DNA of 41,615 nt. Origin: an uncultured delta proteobacterium. GTDB lineage: Bacteria; Desulfobacterota; Binatia; Binatales; Binataceae. A model generated the notes under the pieces. That model ran no database searches. It was not told the DNA's origin and saw only the letters and a list, made by a program, of their open reading frames with translations. The number at the start of each line of letters is the position of its first letter. Positions within the stretch are counted from its first letter, which is position 1. Position numbers and translations under genes: made by a program. The stretch is from contig CAWCDG010000001.1 in assembly GCA_963794325.1 (NCBI GenBank), forward strand, positions 1 through 41,615, written 5' to 3'. Of the stretch, positions 36,206 to 41,615 are shown piece after piece.

Positions 36206-36207
36206 GT

Positions 36208-37743
36208 TCAGCTCTCTCTCCATTTGCGGCCGTCGCGTTTGAGCAGATCGTCTGCCGCGCTCGGTCCCCACGAACCGGCCGCGTAGTTGGGGAAGTCGGT
36301 CGCCGGGGTAGCCTTCCACGCGTCCAGGATCGGATCGACCACGCGCCATCCCGCGTCCACCGTGTCGGCGCGCTGGAACAACGTTGGATCGCCAATCATG
36401 CAATCGAGCAGCAGCGTCTCGTAGCCGATGCTCGGCGGGGCGCCGAAGTAATCCGCGTACTTGAAATTCATATCGACGCCGCCGAGCTTGACCACGGGTC
36501 CGGGAATCTTGGCGCTGAAGCTCAGTGAGATACCTTCGTCGGGCTGGAGATGCATGACGAGTTCGTTCTGCGCCAAGTGCTTCACGCCCATCTGCCGGAA
36601 CAGCAGCAGCGGCGGCGCCTTGAACCTGATCGCGATTTCGGTGAGGCGCTTCGCCATCCGCTTTCCCGTGCGCAAGTAGAACGGCACGCCCGACCATCGC
36701 CAATTGTCGATCGAGAGCTTCAGCGCGACGTAAGTCCCGGTGCCGGATTTGGGATCGACTTGCGGCTCCTCGCGATAGCCCGGCACCGGCTTGCCTTCGA
36801 GAGCGCCGGCTCCGTACTGTCCGCGCACCGCCCATTTCGGGACGTCCTCGGGTTTGAGCGGACGGATTGCGCGCAGCGCCTTGGTCTTCTCATCGCGCAC
36901 CGGTTCGGAGTCGAACGAATTCGGCGGTTCCATGGCAGTGAGCGAGACCAGCGCCAGGATGTGATTCGGCACCATGTCGCGCAGCGCGCCGGTCACTTCA
37001 TAGAACGCGCCGCGATGCTCGACGCCGACGGTTTCCGCCACGGTGATTTGCACGTGATCGATATAATTGTTGTTCCACAGCGGTTCGAAGATGCCGTTGC
37101 CGAAGCGAAACGCCATGATGTTCTGGACGGTTTCTTTGCCGAGATAGTGATCGATTCGGTAGATCTGATGCTCGTTCAGGCACGCGCCGATCTCGCGATT
37201 GAGCGCATTCGCCGATTCCAAATCGTGACCGAACGGCTTCTCGATAATCACTCTTCGCCAATGACCATCAGGTTCCTTGGTGAGTCCGGCAGCAGCCAGT
37301 TGTTTTACGATCTCGCCGAAGAAACTTGGCAACACCGCGGTGTAGAAGAGGTAGTTCCCCGGCGTGCCGTGCGCTTTGTCGGCGGTCTCGAGCTCCGACT
37401 TGAGCCGCTGATACATCGCCGGATCAGCGAAGTCGCCCGACATGTACGAGATGCGCTGGTCGAACCATTTCCAGAGCTCGGGATTCAATTTGGTCGTCGT
37501 GAATTGACCGACCTCGTCGCCGAGCTGCTTGCGGAAATCCTCGGAACTCAACTTCACGTTGCTGACGCCGATGATCGCGAACTTGTCGGGCAGCAGTTTG
37601 TCGGCGAGCAGATTGTACAGCGACGGTATCAACAGCCGCTTGGTCAGGTCGCCGGTCCCGCCGAAAATCACGAACACGCACGGATCTCCGGGCCGCCGAC
37701 GAACAACGTTGCTGGATGCGTGCGTGGGTGCTGAATTCGGCAT
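36208..37743 (-). CDS. zwf: Glucose-6-phosphate 1-dehydrogenase
   Basis: Motifs [30 protein letters not shown] and [11 protein letters not shown]. Confidence 0.96.
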   Translation of the reverse strand: MPNSAPTHASSNVVRRRPGDPCVFVIFGGTGDLTKRLLIPSLYNLLADKLLPDKFAIIGVSNVKLSSEDFRKQLGDEVGQFTTTKLNPELWKWFDQRISYMSGDFADPAMYQRLKSELETADKAHGTPGNYLFYTAVLPSFFGEIVKQLAAAGLTKEPDGHWRRVIIEKPFGHDLESANALNREIGACLNEHQIYRIDHYLGKETVQNIMAFRFGNGIFEPLWNNNYIDHVQITVAETVGVEHRGAFYEVTGALRDMVPNHILALVSLTAMEPPNSFDSEPVRDEKTKALRAIRPLKPEDVPKWAVRGQYGAGALEGKPVPGYREEPQVDPKSGTGTYVALKLSIDNWRWSGVPFYLRTGKRMAKRLTEIAIRFKAPPLLLFRQMGVKHLAQNELVMHLQPDEGISLSFSAKIPGPVVKLGGVDMNFKYADYFGAPPSIGYETLLLDCMIGDPTLFQRADTVDAGWRVVDPILDAWKATPATDFPNYAAGSWGPSAADDLLKRDGRKWRES

Positions 37744-37755
37744 CGTGATCGCCTG

Positions 37756-38772
37756 CTAGGCTTTCTTCTCGACGTGTCCGCCGAATTCGTAACGCATCGC
37801 GGACAGCAGCTTGTCCGCAAAATCGGCAGCTCCGCGCGAGTCGAAACGTTCGTAGAGCGCTGCCGTGAGCACGTGCGCCGGGACGCCTTCGTCGATCGCC
37901 GCGTCGATCGTCCATCGGCCTTCGCCCGAGTCCGACACGCGTCCCGCGAATTTCTTAAGCTCCGGATCGCCGAGCATCGCGTCTGCGACCAGGTCCAACA
38001 GCCACGATGCAATCACACTGCCGCGCCGCCAGACCTCGGCGACATCGGTCAGATTGAAATCGTACTGGTAGAGTTTCGGATTGCGCAGCGGCGTGGTCTC
38101 CGCATCGACCGCGTGCGTCTGCTTGCCGACGTTCGCGTTCTTCAGGATGTTCATCCCCTCCGCGTACGCCGCCATGATCCCGTACTCGATTCCGTTGTGA
38201 ACCATCTTCACGAAATGGCCCGCGCCGTTCGGCCCGCAATGCAGGTAGCCGTGCTCGGCGGTGCTGCCCTTGACCTTCTCGCGTCCGGCAGTGCGCGGCG
38301 CGGAATCGATCGGCGGTGCGAGCGTCGCAAAGATCGGATCGAGATGCTTGATGACTTGCGGCTCGCCGCCGATCATCTGGCAAAATCCGCGCTCAAGTCC
38401 CCACACGCCGCCGCTGGTGCCCGAATCAACGTAATGAATCCCCTTCGCCGCGAGCGTTTCGGCGCGCCGGATGTCGTCGATGTAGTATGAATTGCCGCCG
38501 TCAACGATGATGTCGTCGCGCTGGAATCGGCTCGACAGGTCCGCGACCGTCTGCTCGACCACCGCCGCCGGCACCATCATCCACGCGACCCGCGGCAGCT
38601 TGAGCTTGGCGGCGAAATCGTCCAGCGACGACGCCCCGATCGCGCCCTCCTTCGCCAGTTCCTTGACCGCTTTGGCGCTCACGTCGAACACGACGCATTC
38701 GTGACCGCCGCGCAAAAGGCGCCGCACCATGTTCGCACCCATTCGGCCGAGGCCGACCATTCCCATTTGCAT
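37756..38772 (-). CDS. gnd: 6-phosphogluconate dehydrogenase, decarboxylating (short GntZ/YqeC type)
   Basis: Motifs GLGRMG, DGGNS, SGGVWG, GHFVKMVHNGIEYG and DSGEGRW; AAGGAG RBS. Confidence 0.95.
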   Translation of the reverse strand: MQMGMVGLGRMGANMVRRLLRGGHECVVFDVSAKAVKELAKEGAIGASSLDDFAAKLKLPRVAWMMVPAAVVEQTVADLSSRFQRDDIIVDGGNSYYIDDIRRAETLAAKGIHYVDSGTSGGVWGLERGFCQMIGGEPQVIKHLDPIFATLAPPIDSAPRTAGREKVKGSTAEHGYLHCGPNGAGHFVKMVHNGIEYGIMAAYAEGMNILKNANVGKQTHAVDAETTPLRNPKLYQYDFNLTDVAEVWRRGSVIASWLLDLVADAMLGDPELKKFAGRVSDSGEGRWTIDAAIDEGVPAHVLTAALYERFDSRGAADFADKLLSAMRYEFGGHVEKKA

Positions 38773-38867
38773 TGTAGTCGCTCCTTGTTGGACGGACTCT
38801 TCTCGAAACAGTATCGCATCGCGTATCTTCTGGTTCCAATGAATTTTGCGCAAACAGGAGCCGCAGG

Positions 38868-40376
38868 TTGAGCGCCAGGAGCCTGATGGTAATGGGCACG
38901 GCGTCGGACGTCGGCAAGAGCGTGATCGTCACTGCGCTATGCCGGGCATTCGCCCGCGCCGGTGTCCGCGTTGCGCCGTTCAAATCGCAGAACATGTCTA
39001 ACAACTCAGTGGTTTGCCCGGGCGGCGGCGAGATAGGACGCGCTCAAGCGGTGCAGGCCGAGGCGTGCGGACTCGAGCCGAGCGTCGACATGAATCCGGT
39101 GCTGTTGAAAACCGAAGCCGACATGACTTGCCAGGTAGTCATTCGCGGCCGCGCCCGATTTCAGATGGGCGTGAATGACTATGAGCGATATCGTACTGAG
39201 GCATGGCCCGAGATAGTCAGCAGCTATAGCAATCTGGCGCGGGATTTCGAGTTGATAGTCATTGAAGGCGCGGGCGGCGCGGCTGAGATCAATCTGCGGC
39301 ATCGCGATATCGTCAACTGGAAAATCGCCGAGTTGGCCGATGCGCCCGTGCTTCTGGTCGCGGATATCGACAAGGGCGGCGTCTTTGCGTCGGTCGTCGG
39401 CACGATCGAGCTCCTCGCGCCCGAGGAGCGCCAACGCGTCAAGGGAGTGCTGATCAACAAGTTCCGCGGCGACGTGACGCTGCTGGAATCCGGCCTTCGC
39501 TTCCTCGAGCAACGCACCGGCATCCCGGTGTTAGGAGTGATTCCGTGGCAGAACAATCTCGGATTGCCGCAGGAAGACGCAGCGATGCTCGACGGGACTC
39601 CAAAGCCTGCGGTCAACAAGCCACTGAGTATCGGTGTGATACACCTGCCGTGCATCTCTAATTATACGGATTTCGAAGCGCTCGAAGGTGAACCCGACGT
39701 CGCCGTCCACTACTTGAGCGATCCCGCCATCGCGCCGCGCCTCGACGTGCTGATCATTCCGGGGACCAAGAGCACCGTCGCCGATCTGAAATGGATGCGC
39801 CGCGCCGGCTGGGAGGACTTCCTCGCAGGACATCGTCGCGCAAGAGGATGGATCATTGGAGTCTGCGGAGGCTACCAGATGCTCGGACGCCGCATCGTCG
39901 ATACCGACGGCGTCGAGAGCGATACGCCTGAAACCATTGGGCTGGGATTGCTTGAAATCGAAACCACCTTTCAACCCGAAAAAATCACCGATCGAATCCG
40001 TGCGGTTCATTTACCCACCAACCGGCCAATCTCCGGCTATGAGATTCACTCCGGACGAATCACCGGCGTCATGGAATCCCGCGCAATGTTCAAATTGACT
40101 CATCGGGACAACGGCGCCGTGAATGAATTCGAGGGCGTCCAATCAGACGATGGACGAGTGATCGGCACCTCGATACACGGCGTGTTCGATTCCGCCGGCT
40201 TTCGACGAAACTTTCTCGACCAGATAAGAACCTCGAAAGGCCTCGCGCCGCTAGAATCCGGCGAGCGAGGCGACGCCGGCGCGAATCGCACCGCGGCCTT
40301 CGATCGAATCGCCGACGCACTCGAGCATTGCACGGACTTGTCACGAATCGCCTCCCTCGCCGGCATTTCTCTCTAG
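38868..40376 (+). CDS. cobQ: Cobyric acid synthase
   Basis: Motifs GTASDVGKS, PFKSQNMSNN, EIGRAQ, IEGAG, NKFRGD, ISNYTDF, GVCGGYQMLG, GYEIH and HG. Confidence 0.95.
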   Translation: MSARSLMVMGTASDVGKSVIVTALCRAFARAGVRVAPFKSQNMSNNSVVCPGGGEIGRAQAVQAEACGLEPSVDMNPVLLKTEADMTCQVVIRGRARFQMGVNDYERYRTEAWPEIVSSYSNLARDFELIVIEGAGGAAEINLRHRDIVNWKIAELADAPVLLVADIDKGGVFASVVGTIELLAPEERQRVKGVLINKFRGDVTLLESGLRFLEQRTGIPVLGVIPWQNNLGLPQEDAAMLDGTPKPAVNKPLSIGVIHLPCISNYTDFEALEGEPDVAVHYLSDPAIAPRLDVLIIPGTKSTVADLKWMRRAGWEDFLAGHRRARGWIIGVCGGYQMLGRRIVDTDGVESDTPETIGLGLLEIETTFQPEKITDRIRAVHLPTNRPISGYEIHSGRITGVMESRAMFKLTHRDNGAVNEFEGVQSDDGRVIGTSIHGVFDSAGFRRNFLDQIRTSKGLAPLESGERGDAGANRTAAFDRIADALEHCTDLSRIASLAGISL

Positions 40377-40427
40377 TCTGCCCGCGTGTGATACCCTTCG
40401 TCAGACCAACGAGGAGGAGCGCGACCT

Positions 40428-41216
40428 ATGCCCGACAAGAAACCCTGGACCGCCGATGACATACCGGACCTTTCCGGCAAGACGATTGTCGTAACCGGCG
40501 GCAACAGCGGCATCGGTTATGAAGCGGCGCTGGAATTTGCGCGCAAGCGTGCCGAGGTCATCCTCGCCTGTCGCGACCTGGGCAAGGCCCGCACTGCGGC
40601 CGCGCAGATCACCGGGTCGGCTTCCGGCGCGAAAGTCGAGGTGATGGAACTTGACCTCTCGAATCTCGCGTCGGTGCGCGGTTTCTCCGACGCGTTTCAT
40701 CTCCAGCATCAGGCGCTGCACGTGCTGTGTAACAACGCCGGCGTCATGGCGATTCCGTATCGGCAAACTGCCGACGGCTTCGAGATGCAATTCGGCACCA
40801 ATCATCTCGGGCACTTCGCGTTGACCGGCCTGCTGCTCGATCGATTGCTCGCCACCGAGGGCGCACGAGTCGTAAACGTCGCCAGCGGCGCGCATCGCAT
40901 GGGCAAGATCCGTTTCGACGATCTCCAATGGAAGAACGGCTACCGCAAGTGGATGGCTTACGGACAGAGCAAGCTCGCCAATCTCCTGTTCACGTCAGAG
41001 TTGCAGCGCAAAGCCGATGCGGCCGGCAAGAAATTGCTTGCCGTCGCGTGCCATCCCGGCTATGCGGCCACCAATCTGCAATCCGCGGAACCGCGGATGA
41101 CGGGATCGTCGATGCTCGAAGCTATTTTCTCCGTGGTCTACAGTGTGCTCGCGCAAAGTGCTGCGATGGGCGCGCTGCCGACCGAGTACGCGGCCGTTGC
41201 GCCCGACGTCCAGGGG
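40428..41216 (+). pseudogene. Short-chain dehydrogenase (retinol dehydrogenase/WWOX-like) with a truncated or replaced C-terminus
   Basis: Motifs TGGNSGIG, NNAGVM, GTNHLGHF, YGQSK and HPG. Family-like sequence stops after APDVQG, although the ORF runs on in unrelated sequence to 41462. Confidence 0.72.
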
Positions 41217-41449
41217 AACCTCTACATGGGAATCGCCAAGAGTACGGGCGAAGTCGTGGGCAAATCATGTATGCGTCGGGCGGGTGCAGCGTGCGGCAGC
41301 GAAGGAACGGCGGAGTCGCATTGCGGCTGGTGGACATGTCAAGTAGCAGCTGACCAAGGTGAACGACAAGCTCCTGAGCCGGCGCTCAAGTGTCCTCCGG
41401 CGGCCGAAACCCTCGAATCAAACCAGTTCGGACGAATAACTCTTCTCGA

Positions 41450-41615
41450 GCAGAAACGGTGAGCAGCCGCGGATGCTCCCCAGGCCAGAAGAACTCCGCC
41501 TTGGGGAATGGTAATTACTTTGCGCAGGCCGCCCAGATTGTGCTTCAGCCACTCGATCGAGGCTGGCGTATCAAAGGCGGTGTCCGCGTCGCCCCACAAA
41601 ACCTGTGCCGGGATC
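41450..41615 (-). pseudogene. 3' fragment of an alpha/beta-hydrolase-like gene, frameshifted
   Basis: IPAQVLWGDADTAF..WL..LRKVITIP, continuing after a +1 shift as KAEFFWPGEHPRLL, which resembles hydrolase C-termini. Confidence 0.55.

Noticed and set aside
35339-36835. 498-aa ORF as an N-terminally extended aldolase
   Set aside because: The first 210 codons overlap zwf out of frame; the aldolase starts at ATG 36205.
38773-38867. Cobalamin riboswitch upstream of cobQ
   Set aside because: The spacer is only 95 bp, shared with divergent gnd, and lacks recognisable B12-box motifs.

Overview
A GC-rich (roughly 60-65% by eye) bacterial chromosomal segment from a Gram-negative organism (it carries bamD). 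Its gene content (several crotonases, amidohydrolases, PhyH and VOC proteins, and a conserved 'PDVLTPEQF' hypothetical) resembles Candidatus Binatota; this is inference only. It opens inside tRNA-Ser(GCT) and carries housekeeping and metabolic genes: trmB, bamD, an hpaE-D-I-B aromatic catabolism cluster, pyruvoyl arginine decarboxylase, gnd-zwf-fba and cobQ. Most notable features: (1) a tandem duplication of about 1 kb (20958-23003) holding two diverged copies of an unknown helical-repeat protein, directly upstream of a STAND ATPase-TPR-class III cyclase with non-canonical base-selecting residues; (2) a DUF559 nuclease gene flanked by inverted REP-like hairpins with TTAGGGG tails, plus a free-standing third copy; (3) a 220-nt multi-hairpin intergenic block next to a gene end with a strong shift in synonymous codon use; (4) a sigma-54-type promoter with an upstream inverted repeat in front of a hypothetical gene. 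Two genes carry single-base frameshifts, and the right end of the window is decayed.
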